DNA of 24,000 nt from Natrinema caseinilyticum (lineage in GTDB: Archaea > Halobacteriota > Halobacteria > Halobacteriales > Natrialbaceae): positions 1,213,369-1,237,368 of the forward strand of contig NZ_CP100445.1 of NCBI RefSeq assembly GCF_024227435.1, in the 5' to 3' direction. Positions 1-8,015 of the stretch are shown here, one piece after another. The notes under the pieces were generated by a model. It did no database searches and was not told the DNA's origin. It saw only the letters and a program-made list of their open reading frames with translations. Within the stretch, counting starts at the first letter, position 1. The number at the start of each line of letters is the position of its first letter. The position numbers and the translations under genes were made by a program.

Positions 1-689
1 GTGCCGACGCCCTCGTAGGTGATTTCGACTGCGTCGCCGGGTTCGACCAGCCCGGGATTCGCGGGGCTCCCGAAGGAGACGACGTCACCGGGCCGGAAGG
101 TGATCCGGCGCGAGAGGTAGGCGATGATTTCGGCGGGTGAGAACAGCATGCGTTCGGTGTTCGCTTCCTGTCGTCGCTCCCCGGCGACGTCCGTGTACAT
201 GTCGATTCCGGTCGGGTCGACGGCCGTTTCGATCCACGGACCGAGCGGACCGGACGCGTCGAACGCCTTCCGAGGCGTCCGCCCGCCCTGGTCTAAGGCA
301 TCCATGTCGTTCAGAATCGTGTAGCCGCGGACGACGTCGGAGACGGCAGCCTCGGAGAGATTTCTGCAGGGTTCGTCGATGACGGCCGCGAGTTCGCCGG
401 CGTAGGTGAGTTCGTCGGAGAACGTCGGATAGGGAATCGGGTCCGCGTGGCCGACGACCGAGGCGGGCGACTTGATGAAGAAATCGGGCTCGTCCGGGCG
501 CTCGTACTCCATTTGTTCGATCGTCGCCGCAAAATTTCGTCCGACGCAGTACAGCGCCGAGGGGGTACACGGCGGGAGGAAATCCCCCTCCGTGCCGACT
601 TCGTAGACGCCGTCGTCCGTGTGAACGACGCCGTCCTCGTACCGTCCAGAGACCGGGCCACCGTCCGTCGCAATCCGCGCGAGTTTCAT
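1..689 (-). CDS. fumarylacetoacetate hydrolase (FAH) family protein; C-terminal end cut by the window edge
   Basis: Absent from the ORF track because it runs off the left edge. My reverse-strand translation from the ATG at 689-687 gives MKLARIATDGGPVSGRYEDGVVHTDDGVYEVGTEGDFLPPCTPSALYCVGRNFAATIEQMEYERPDEPDFFIKSPASVVGHADPIPYP..ELAAVIDE..GYTILNDMDALD..RKAFDASGPLGPWI..MLFSPAEIIAYLSRRITFRPGDVVSFGSP. This matches the FAH / 2-keto-4-pentenoate hydratase-like motif pattern. Confidence 0.8.
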   Translation of the reverse strand, partial: MKLARIATDGGPVSGRYEDGVVHTDDGVYEVGTEGDFLPPCTPSALYCVGRNFAATIEQMEYERPDEPDFFIKSPASVVGHADPIPYPTFSDELTYAGELAAVIDEPCRNLSEAAVSDVVRGYTILNDMDALDQGGRTPRKAFDASGPLGPWIETAVDPTGIDMYTDVAGERRQEANTERMLFSPAEIIAYLSRRITFRPGDVVSFGSPANPGLVEPGDAVEITYEGVG

Positions 690-782
690 GACCGGCGCTC
701 TCGGTTCCGGTGAATTAGTCGTACCGATTTCGCGGGGCGGCGATCGGCGTCGGGCCCTGCACGGACGGACGTTCGCTGCTCG

Positions 783-1019
783 TTATTTCTCGAGGAGGAG
801 GTACGTTCGACCACCGCGGTGTTCGAGCGAGACCGCGTCGGTCTCGACGTTCGAGCGAACGAAGTCGTCGATTCCTGCCGCGTGCAGATCGGTGACGTCG
901 ATCCGTCGGTACCGGTCTCCGCTTCCGGTTCGGCGATCGGCGGATGCGCCGGTTTCGCGTCTGTCACGCCCTTCGCCGCGATCGGCGGTCTCGTCCCCTG
1001 CTTCGACGATCAGTGGCAT
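783..1019 (-). CDS. small hypothetical protein (78 aa)
   Basis: This lies in track ORF 783..1028, whose first codon is TTG. I prefer the internal ATG at 1019 (MPLIVEAGDE...). GC is enriched at third codon positions (about 72% by my count), and the C-terminal half is acidic and plausible (RIDVTDLHAAGIDDFVRSNVETDAVSLEH). No family recognised. Confidence 0.4.
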   Translation of the reverse strand: MPLIVEAGDETADRGEGRDRRETGASADRRTGSGDRYRRIDVTDLHAAGIDDFVRSNVETDAVSLEHRGGRTYLLLEK

Positions 1020-1250
1020 ACGTATCAATTAGACCGACAGTACGTCAATCCGATCCGTCCGGAGTGAAAGTGAAAGTGCGGGACACGACGGAGGCGCTCG
1101 ACGAACGTGAGAGAGGCCACGGAGCACTCGAGCGGAGCGATCGGTGGCGCACGACCCTTGACCGGCAGTGGTGTGCGAACCGACCACGGGAAACACCCGC
1201 CGGACGGGCTTCGAGCGGGATCGGACGGCCGGTCGCCCGTCGGGCCGGTC

Positions 1251-1679
1251 CTAGCCGAGCGTCTTGACTTCGACGTCGACGGGGCCGTCGTCGGTCTCGA
1301 GTGCGACGGAGTCGACGATCGCCTCGCGCGCCCGGTCCTGCCAGTCCGCGACGGCGTTCGCGTGACGTTCGTGAATCGCGTCGGCATCGTCGGCCCCCTG
1401 GCCCTCGTCCGCCTCCGGGAGTTCGGGCTCCAACTCCGGATACGTGGCGATGACGTCGTCCGCGATGACGTCCGCGGGCGAGATGTGAACCGCACCGGTC
1501 AGTTCGGTATCGTCGACGCGGTAGACGTGAATGCGGGCCCGCATTCGGCCGTGAAACGGCGGGGTCGCCCGAAGGACGGCGTCGCCGGGATTCTCGCGAC
1601 TGTAGACGTACGCGTCGACCACGTCCTCGGGCGAGAGCGCGACCGAGCGGATCGCGGATGGATCGTCGTCTTCCACCAT
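1251..1679 (-). CDS. acidic hypothetical protein (142 aa)
   Basis: This lies in track ORF 1251..1730. I prefer the ATG at 1679 (MVEDDDPSAIRS...), since the 17 codons upstream are Pro/Arg-rich. The strongly acidic composition is typical of haloarchaeal cytosolic proteins. No family recognised. Confidence 0.6.
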   Translation of the reverse strand: MVEDDDPSAIRSVALSPEDVVDAYVYSRENPGDAVLRATPPFHGRMRARIHVYRVDDTELTGAVHISPADVIADDVIATYPELEPELPEADEGQGADDADAIHERHANAVADWQDRAREAIVDSVALETDDGPVDVEVKTLG

Positions 1680-1781
1680 CGACGGCGGATAGGTATCCCG
1701 GCGGTTTAGCGGTGGCGGTGAGGGTGCCAAGCCCCCGTCCTCACGGAGCGAGGCGAAGCCGAGCGAGTAGGGCGGGGTCGT

Positions 1782-2606
1782 TCACTTCTCGTGTTCGGCA
1801 GCGTCGTCCGCGACTCGCGGGCGAAAAACCGCCGCTCGAACGTCCGTCGAGACGCCGTAGGCCGCGTCCGCGACGGAATCCGGGAGGGACACGTCTGACT
1901 CGGTGTAGTGGACGCACAGCGACGCTCGGACGGCCTCTCGGACGCAGGCCCGCGTCGCGGCGCCGACCTCGGTTCCGCTCCCCGAGAACTCGGCCGGCGG
2001 TCCCGACGGATCGTGGCCGACGACGACCGCGTCCGTCGTGGTTCCAGGGAAGCCGGTTTCGGCGAGCAGCGTCGCCGCCTTCGCCTCCGCGGCGACCGCG
2101 ACCAGGTTCGCCAGCGCACCCGGTGCGAGCGCCCGCGTCGTCCCGACGATGACGTTGACGGTCCCCGGCCGCCGTTCCCGTTCCCGCTCGAGGCCCGACT
2201 CGCCCGCGTCGAGAACGCTCGCGTCCGACGTCGAGTTCGCATCCGAGGCCGCCGTCGACTCCGACACCATCGGTAACGCGGCCGGGTTCGAAACCCCGGC
2301 CGTCGCATAGGCCGTCACCGGACCGCGGCGGGCGCCCCGAGCGTCCGAAATATCGACTCCCGTCAGCAGCGCCGGTCCCGTCTCCTCAGCACCGGTCGGC
2401 CCGAAGCCCGCCCGCTCGAGCCGTTCGTCGACGTAGGTGCCGAGGTCCGTTCGGTCCCAGCCGTCGGGAACCGAAACGTTGTACGCGTGGTCGGCGACGC
2501 GACGGCCGCCGTTCCAGCCGGTGGAGAGCCACTCGGTCTCGGGACGACTGACTCGAAGGACGTCGGCTCGCCGAGTCGCGGCGTACGCCGGTCCGTGCTC
2601 GTTCAT
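1782..2606 (-). CDS. cbiZ: adenosylcobinamide amidohydrolase
   Basis: 274 aa. CbiZ-like blocks include WLSTGWNGG, TGVDISDA, GTVNVIVGTTRALAPGALANLVAVAAEAKAATLLE and TTDAVVV. Its ATG (2606-2604) overlaps the cobD stop (2605-2603) as ATGA, and it sits in the cob operon. Confidence 0.85.
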   Translation of the reverse strand: MNEHGPAYAATRRADVLRVSRPETEWLSTGWNGGRRVADHAYNVSVPDGWDRTDLGTYVDERLERAGFGPTGAEETGPALLTGVDISDARGARRGPVTAYATAGVSNPAALPMVSESTAASDANSTSDASVLDAGESGLERERERRPGTVNVIVGTTRALAPGALANLVAVAAEAKAATLLAETGFPGTTTDAVVVGHDPSGPPAEFSGSGTEVGAATRACVREAVRASLCVHYTESDVSLPDSVADAAYGVSTDVRAAVFRPRVADDAAEHEK

Positions 2607-3676
2607 CCTCGGTCTCCGCTATCGATCCGGTCGGCGGGTCCGTCTCCGGTCTCGCGAACGCCGAGCGCCTCGAGAAGGCGGTCGTTCGACGGGCGATCCT
2701 TGACGGCGACCCGGACGTGCGAGTCGAGTCCGCGGAAGGTCGTCGCGTCGCGGATCGCCACGCCGTTTGCACGCGCGTCGGCGATCACCCTCGAGACGTC
2801 GCGGTCGCCCACGTCACAGAGGAGAAACGGGGCGGTCGACGGATACACGTCGAACTGCTCTTCGAGCGCCGCGGCCATCCGCTCGCGTTCGCGCTCGACC
2901 CGCTCGCGCGTGTCCCGAACGAACGCCGACTGTCGGAGGCAGTGCGTGCCGACCCTTGCAGCAGGGGTCCCGAGCGACCACGTGCGCCGAGCGCTCGCGA
3001 ACGCGTCCGTCCGGTCACCGGTCGCGACGGCGAACCCGGCCCGGAGTCCCGGCAGACCGAACAGTTTGGTGAGCGAGCGAGCGACGACGACGGCCTCGGA
3101 CTCGAGTTCGACCGCCGACGGCCGATCGGTAAACCCGAGAAACGCCTCGTCGACGAGCAGGGTCGTTCCCGCGTCCGCACAGCGAGCCGCGAACGCCTCG
3201 AGCGTCTCCAACTCGACCGCGTCCCCGGTCGGATTGTTCGGCCGACAGACGACCGCGAGCGAGCAGGGCTCGAGGAGTGCGTGACCGACCCGACACAGTT
3301 CGTCGTACCGAACGAACCGCGGCTTCGCGCCCTGGAGTCTCACTTCGCGAGCGTACTCGCCGAAGCTGGGGTACGGGACCAGCGCCTCGTCGCCCGGCTC
3401 GAGGGACGTCTCCATCGCCAGCCGGATCGCAGCCAGTCCGCCGGGCGTCGGGCTCACCTGCGCCGGATCGCAGCCGACGAAGTCGGCCGCAGCGGCACGG
3501 AAATCGGGGTAACCGTCGTCCGGATAGCGACGGGCGTCCTCGAGTGCGGCCGTGTACGCGTCGTCGACACCCGCCGGAACGCGGGGATTGGTGTTGGCGG
3601 AAAAATCCACCAGCGCCCGGTCGGGTTCGCCGCCGTGAGGCACTCGGCGTCCGGCTCGGATCGAGTCAGGGTCCAC
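2603..3676 (-). CDS. cobD: threonine-phosphate decarboxylase (class I/II aminotransferase fold)
   Basis: Motifs are VDFSANTNP, the PLP-lysine motif SLTKLFGLPGLRAGF, and the cob operon context. Track ORF 2603..3832 has no internal ATG, and its first about 50 codons are Arg-rich and overlap cobT. I therefore place the start at the GTG at 3676 (VDPDSIRAG...), overlapping the cobT stop by 11 nt. The GTG at 3691 is an alternative. Confidence 0.8.
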   Translation of the reverse strand: MDPDSIRAGRRVPHGGEPDRALVDFSANTNPRVPAGVDDAYTAALEDARRYPDDGYPDFRAAAADFVGCDPAQVSPTPGGLAAIRLAMETSLEPGDEALVPYPSFGEYAREVRLQGAKPRFVRYDELCRVGHALLEPCSLAVVCRPNNPTGDAVELETLEAFAARCADAGTTLLVDEAFLGFTDRPSAVELESEAVVVARSLTKLFGLPGLRAGFAVATGDRTDAFASARRTWSLGTPAARVGTHCLRQSAFVRDTRERVERERERMAAALEEQFDVYPSTAPFLLCDVGDRDVSRVIADARANGVAIRDATTFRGLDSHVRVAVKDRPSNDRLLEALGVRETGDGPADRIDSGDRG

Positions 3677-4793
3677 GGTCGTCCCCCGCACGGGCGCCTC
3701 CGTCGTCTGCCGCGCCCGACCCGTCCGCAACCGCGGCGTCGGCCACTCCCGTCGCCGCCGTCGCTGATTCGCCGCCGTGCGCTCCGTCGGGTGCGTCACG
3801 TCCGGGTTCGGCATCGATCCCGAGTCGGGCACAGACCGCCTCGAACCGATCTCGAACCTCGCTCATCCGGCCGTCCGGAACGAGCGAGAGCGCGCCGCCC
3901 ATCGCGACCCCCTCTTTCGCCTCGCCGGCGCAGTATCGGTCCATCGCGACGTGTTCTCGCTCGTCGAAGCCGGGGTCCGTAACGGTGAGGGCGCAGTCGA
4001 ACCGCTCGCACGCGTCCGCGAGTCGGTCACCCTGTTCGGCCGCGACGAACGACGTCGTCGCGATCGAAAGTGGCGCGTCGATTCCGGCGTGGCGTACGAT
4101 CGCGGCGACGGCGACCATCTGGGTCCCGCCGGCCAGTGTCACCTCGATTCCGGCCTCGAGCGCGCCGGCCGTGAGTCCGGCGACGGCCGGTTGGACGGGA
4201 TCACCGACGGCTGCGACCGCCTCGAAGGGCGCGCCGTCGCAATCGCCCGCCTCGAGATCGCTCGCCGCCAGGGCCTCGTCGACGACTCGGCGCTTGCGCT
4301 CGATCGGATTCTCCGGGAGCGACGAGGAGACGCCGCCCGGCTCGCCGAGCGCGGTGAGGACGCCGAGCGCGGTAGTCGTGCCGCCGGGGACCGTTTCACC
4401 GATCAGGAGTTCGTCGTCGGGGAGGCTCGTTCCGTAGTCGTACGCGCGATCGAACGTCGCGTCAGCGTCCGGAACGGCGACCGCTTCTCGAACGTCCGTG
4501 CCGGGACGCACGTCGAGGTCGACCGTCGGCGCGGCCGTCGACCGAGAGAGTCCCGCGTCGATCACCGCGACATCGAACCCGACGACCTCCCGAACGGCGC
4601 GCGTCACGGCCGCGGGCGTCGGACAGCCGTTCGGACTCACCGGGGTCACCGGAGATGCGACCGGCTCGCCGTAGGCGAGGATTTCGACGTCCGCGGACGG
4701 CGTGTGCGCCATCAATTCGGGCGCGGCACCGGCAGCGCTGATGCCGTCGATCAGCGCCGTTTCCGTCGTCCCCGCGGGAAGGAGGATCCGCAT
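3666..4793 (-). CDS. cobT: archaeal-type nicotinate-nucleotide--dimethylbenzimidazole phosphoribosyltransferase (UPF0284/TIGR00303-like CobT)
   Basis: This is the C-terminal 375 aa of track ORF 3666..5444, starting at the ATG at 4793 (MRILLPAGTTETALIDGISAAGA...). GETVPGGTTTALGVL is typical of archaeal CobT. The upstream 217 codons of the track ORF are an Arg-rich shadow of cobY. The acidic Ala/Gly/Asp tail overlaps the cobD start. Confidence 0.8.
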   Translation of the reverse strand: MRILLPAGTTETALIDGISAAGAAPELMAHTPSADVEILAYGEPVASPVTPVSPNGCPTPAAVTRAVREVVGFDVAVIDAGLSRSTAAPTVDLDVRPGTDVREAVAVPDADATFDRAYDYGTSLPDDELLIGETVPGGTTTALGVLTALGEPGGVSSSLPENPIERKRRVVDEALAASDLEAGDCDGAPFEAVAAVGDPVQPAVAGLTAGALEAGIEVTLAGGTQMVAVAAIVRHAGIDAPLSIATTSFVAAEQGDRLADACERFDCALTVTDPGFDEREHVAMDRYCAGEAKEGVAMGGALSLVPDGRMSEVRDRFEAVCARLGIDAEPGRDAPDGAHGGESATAATGVADAAVADGSGAADDGGARAGDDRGP

Positions 4794-4795
4794 CG

Positions 4796-5446
4796 TCAGC
4801 GCCCCTCCGCGCGCCGGTCCCGGAGTCGGCGGGCCGCAATTCGCGCGTCTTCGAGTCGGTTCACGTTCACCGCGAGTCGTGGGTCGTAATAGACGTCGGT
4901 CATAGTCGTGACAGTGGATGCGTCGGTCGTCGAATCCCCAGCGTCGGTCGTCGGATCGTCGGCGTCGCCCCTCGAATCGGCCGGGGCGCCGACGACGTTG
5001 ACCCCGGTGGGGGCGAGGTGGTCGTCGGGCTCGAGTCGCGCGTCGATGCTGACCCCGAGTCGCCGTTTGAGGGCCACCGGAACGCAGACGGTCCGCGAGC
5101 CGTCCCCATCGCCGTGGGCCGCGAGTATCCGGTCGACGACGGGTGCCTCGAGCAGCGGGACGTCCGCGGCGACGGTCAGGATCGGCGGCGATATCTCGGA
5201 TCGCTCGAGAACTGCCAGCAGGTCGGTCACGTATCCGTCTCCGGTCGTCTCGATCGTCTGGACGCCGTCGGTACGCTCGAGACGAGCGCGCGTCGCCGGC
5301 GCGTTCGGCGAGACGGCGGCGAAGATCGTCTCGGCCTCGCTCCCCCGGAGCGCCGCCAGTACTCGATCGACCATCCCCGTCCCGTCGATCGGGTACAGCG
5401 GCTTCTCGTGCGGGCTCTCGAGGCGAGTTCCCGCTCCGCCGCACAT
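4796..5446 (-). CDS. cobY: adenosylcobinamide-phosphate guanylyltransferase (NTP-transferase fold)
   Basis: The start MCGGAGTRL (GGxGxRL nucleotide-binding loop) is at the ATG 5446-5444, which shares one base with the cobS stop (TGATG). Also present are GDGYVTDLL and TVAADVPLL. The stop lies 2 nt before the cobT ATG. Confidence 0.8.
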   Translation of the reverse strand: MCGGAGTRLESPHEKPLYPIDGTGMVDRVLAALRGSEAETIFAAVSPNAPATRARLERTDGVQTIETTGDGYVTDLLAVLERSEISPPILTVAADVPLLEAPVVDRILAAHGDGDGSRTVCVPVALKRRLGVSIDARLEPDDHLAPTGVNVVGAPADSRGDADDPTTDAGDSTTDASTVTTMTDVYYDPRLAVNVNRLEDARIAARRLRDRRAEGR

Positions 5447-6213
5447 CACAACAGCGTCCACGCGATCACCCCCGCGTGCAGGCCGGCGACGCGACCGATC
5501 TCGTTCGCCGCGCCGAATATGTCGCCGCTTATCCCCCCGAGGTGGCGATTCGCCAGGGACCACGGCAGTCCGGTACCCGCGACCCCACCACAGATCGCGA
5601 TCGCTGCGACGGGATCGGGCCAGGTGAGCGCGACGCCGGGGAGGGCGACGACCGCGGGTGCGAGAAACGAACGGGGCGTGGACGCCGAGGTGAACCCCTT
5701 TCCCATCCCCTCGTACCCGCTCGCTCCGAAGCAGGCCATCGCGGCCATGCCGAGTTTCGCCCCCACCTCGGCGCCGACCGCGACGCCGACCGCCGCGCGG
5801 ACCGGGAGTCCGGCCAGTCCGAGCCCGGCGAGTGCGAGGGCGGCGACGGTGACAGCCACCGAAAGCAACGCGCCGACGCCGGTCGTCGTGTCCTTCAGCA
5901 CCTCGCGGCGACGCTCTCCGTCGCCGTGGACGACCAGCGCATCGCCCAGATCCGCGATCCCGTCTACGTGGTGGATGCCGGTCACGGCGTACACCGCCAG
6001 GAGATAGCCGAACGCGACGGTCGGCGCCGGGAGGGATTCGACCGCGAGCAGCGCCACTCCAGCGAGCGCGCCCGCGACGAACCCGACGACCGGGAAGGCG
6101 GCCGGCGTCGTCCGAAACGCGTCCCAGTCCCCGTCGCGGTAGCCGACCGGAAGGCGCGTCAGGAACCCGGCCGCTCCGCGAACGGCAGCGATCCAGCGGT
6201 CGACCGCGGTCAT
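5446..6213 (-). CDS. cobS: adenosylcobinamide-GDP ribazoletransferase (cobalamin synthase)
   Basis: 255-aa polytopic membrane protein with N-terminal AAGFLTRLPV and the HHVDGIADLGDAL motif typical of CobS. ATGA overlap with cbiB at 6210-6213. Confidence 0.85.
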   Translation of the reverse strand: MTAVDRWIAAVRGAAGFLTRLPVGYRDGDWDAFRTTPAAFPVVGFVAGALAGVALLAVESLPAPTVAFGYLLAVYAVTGIHHVDGIADLGDALVVHGDGERRREVLKDTTTGVGALLSVAVTVAALALAGLGLAGLPVRAAVGVAVGAEVGAKLGMAAMACFGASGYEGMGKGFTSASTPRSFLAPAVVALPGVALTWPDPVAAIAICGGVAGTGLPWSLANRHLGGISGDIFGAANEIGRVAGLHAGVIAWTLL

Positions 6214-7214
6214 CTCGTCACCTCCGCTATCGCCGCGACCTGCGACTCGAGTTCCGCACCGGCCGCCGACGCGACGACCGCGAGCCCGACGGCCACGAGG
6301 ACCGAGACGATCGCAGCCGAGCCGACGAGCGAAACGGCGCGCTCTCCGTCCGCGAGCGACGGGAGTTCAGCTTCGGAATTGAGAACGTACGTCGACGGCT
6401 TCTCGAGGCGGACGTCGATAGCACAGGCAAGCGTCGCCATCGGCCACCCGGAGTTGGGTGACGGCGGCACGCGCGCCCACCGTCCGGCTCGGCGGAGTGC
6501 CCGCGGATCGGCCGCGGCGACGGCGATCGCGACCGCCGCGATTCGAGCGGGCAGATACATCACGAGGTCGTCCAGTCGCGCGCTCGCGGTCCCGATCGGC
6601 TTCGAGGGATAGCCGAGCATCGAGTCCAGCGTGTTGACGCCCTTGATCCAGGCGGCGACGCCCGCCGCGAACGGGAGCGAGATCGGCGCGAGGACCGCGA
6701 ACGCGAGCAGGCTCGCGACCAGTCCGTCCGCCAGATTTTCGGCGGCGCTCTCGAGGGCGGCGCTGCGGAGTTCACCCGGCGAGAGCGTCGAGACGTCGCG
6801 ACCGACGAGGCCGACGACCAACTCACGAGCGCGCGCTCCGTCTCCATCGGTCGCTCGTACGACGTTCGCAGTGAGTTCGAGCAGTAAACGGAGGCTGGTC
6901 GTCACGGAGAGGACGAGCGCGGCGACGATTCCTTCGGCCATCGGGTCGAGTGCGGCCGCGGCGGCGACGCCGACGCCGGCGACCGTCGCGGGGACGAGCG
7001 GGGCAGCGGCCGCGATTCCGACGCCGACGAGGCGCTGGCGTCGCGCGGTCGTGCTCCACCGACGGTCGAGACCGTCGACGAGGCGGCCGAACCACGCCAC
7101 CGGGTGAAAGGCGGTCGGCGGCTCGCCGAACAGTAAATCGAGACTGAACGCCAGACCGATCACCGCAAGCGCCGTCAACGTCACGGAAATCCCTCGGTGC
7201 GGACCATCCGCCAT
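6210..7214 (-). CDS. cbiB: adenosylcobinamide-phosphate synthase (CbiB/CobD membrane family)
   Basis: 334-aa membrane protein. Motifs DLLFGEPPTAFHPVAWFGRL and GYPSKPIG are characteristic of CbiB. It is the second gene of the operon. Confidence 0.85.
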   Translation of the reverse strand: MADGPHRGISVTLTALAVIGLAFSLDLLFGEPPTAFHPVAWFGRLVDGLDRRWSTTARRQRLVGVGIAAAAPLVPATVAGVGVAAAAALDPMAEGIVAALVLSVTTSLRLLLELTANVVRATDGDGARARELVVGLVGRDVSTLSPGELRSAALESAAENLADGLVASLLAFAVLAPISLPFAAGVAAWIKGVNTLDSMLGYPSKPIGTASARLDDLVMYLPARIAAVAIAVAAADPRALRRAGRWARVPPSPNSGWPMATLACAIDVRLEKPSTYVLNSEAELPSLADGERAVSLVGSAAIVSVLVAVGLAVVASAAGAELESQVAAIAEVTR

Positions 7215-7245
7215 CCCTCCGAACGGACCAGCCGTCCCCCCTCGG

Positions 7246-7881
7246 TCATGACTGCTGTGATTCCACCGTCGAAAGCCGCGTCGGCACGTCCGCGAGCGCT
7301 ACGTCCTCGAGTAACAGCGCCGTGCCGCCGACGGCTTCGATCCCGCCGTCGGCCTGCGGGTCGTCGCCGACGTGGACGAGCTCGGCCGGATCGACGCCGA
7401 GTCGGTCCGCAGTCACGTCGAACATTTCGGGCGCGGGCTTGCGCCATCCGCAGCCGACGCTGGTCACGATCGCGTCGAAATCGTCCCGTTCGAAGTCGGA
7501 TCTGACGAGCGTGCGGCCGACAAGTTCCGGAACGCTGCAGTTCGAACAGATCCCGACCGGTCCCAGTTCGCGGGCCGCCTCGACCGCCTCGAGGGCGCCC
7601 GGCCTGGTTTCGACCGTCGGATCGAACGCCGCGACGACGGCTCGTCTCGCCGCGTTGTGTTCGTACTCGACGCCGCGACTCGCGAGCGCGCGCGAAACGT
7701 GAGCCGGAAGCGGGACCTCAGCGCCGTCGGGCGCGTCGACGTGTGGCTCCGCGTACGCGTCGGCCCAGTCGTCCGGAACCCGAACGTCCCGTTTCTCGAG
7801 TTCCGTCGCGACGGCTCCGGCCGGGTCGGCCGGTCGATCGGCGGTCACCAGCGTCCCAAAGAGATCGAACGATACTCCCAC
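7246..7881 (-). CDS. HAD-superfamily hydrolase, first gene of the cob operon
   Basis: 211 aa with a GTG start at 7881. HAD motif I is FDLFGTL (nucleophile Asp, but Phe at the +2 position). Motif II is ICSN, motif III Lys is in WRKP, and motif IV is VGDDPQADGG. It ends 31 nt upstream of cbiB on the same strand. Confidence 0.8.
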   Translation of the reverse strand: MGVSFDLFGTLVTADRPADPAGAVATELEKRDVRVPDDWADAYAEPHVDAPDGAEVPLPAHVSRALASRGVEYEHNAARRAVVAAFDPTVETRPGALEAVEAARELGPVGICSNCSVPELVGRTLVRSDFERDDFDAIVTSVGCGWRKPAPEMFDVTADRLGVDPAELVHVGDDPQADGGIEAVGGTALLLEDVALADVPTRLSTVESQQS

Positions 7882-7905
7882 GTCCGTGTTACTAGCACAA
7901 GCTGA

Positions 7906-7914
7906 CTTTAATTT
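7906..7914 (-). promoter_or_regulatory. TATA-like box for the HAD-cbiB-cobS-cobY-cobT-cobD-cbiZ transcript
   Basis: The minus strand reads GAAATTAAAG, centred about 29 nt upstream of the GTG at 7881. This spacing fits a leaderless haloarchaeal mRNA. I saw no comparable AT-rich box between the downstream genes. Confidence 0.5.
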
Positions 7915-8015
7915 CGCGATCCGACTGCGGCCGTCTCGGTGACGTGTCGTCTGACCGATACGACGCTCCGGGACGGACCGACGGGTCGGGTGCTGCCGGC
8001 CGACTCGAACCGTCC

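Noticed and set aside
1062-1085. GTGAAAGTGAAAGTG mini-repeat in the 1020-1250 intergenic region.
   Set aside because: It has only two and a half copies of a hexamer, with no partner elsewhere in the window. That is too little to support a regulatory call.
2276-2300. tRNA T-arm-like sequence GCCGGGTTCGAAACCCCGGC.
   Set aside because: It lies inside the cbiZ coding frame, where the reverse strand encodes AGVSNPAA. The stem and loop geometry is off, with an 8-nt loop if fully paired, and no acceptor, D or anticodon arms flank it.
2717-3982. Long plus-strand ORF (421 aa) and similar long ORFs antisense to called genes: 3277..4437, 5143..6612, 10102..11247, 14793..16073, 18589..19563, 19678..21042.
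   Set aside because: All are Arg/Pro/Ser-rich, basic, low-complexity translations lying opposite genes with clear family motifs. These are the usual shadow ORFs of a high-GC genome, where stop codons are rare in every frame.
7882-8015. Possible cobalamin riboswitch upstream of the cob operon.
   Set aside because: The TATA-to-start spacing indicates a leaderless transcript, which leaves no room for an aptamer. I could not see a B12-box-like motif by eye on either strand. A covariance-model scan would be the definitive check.
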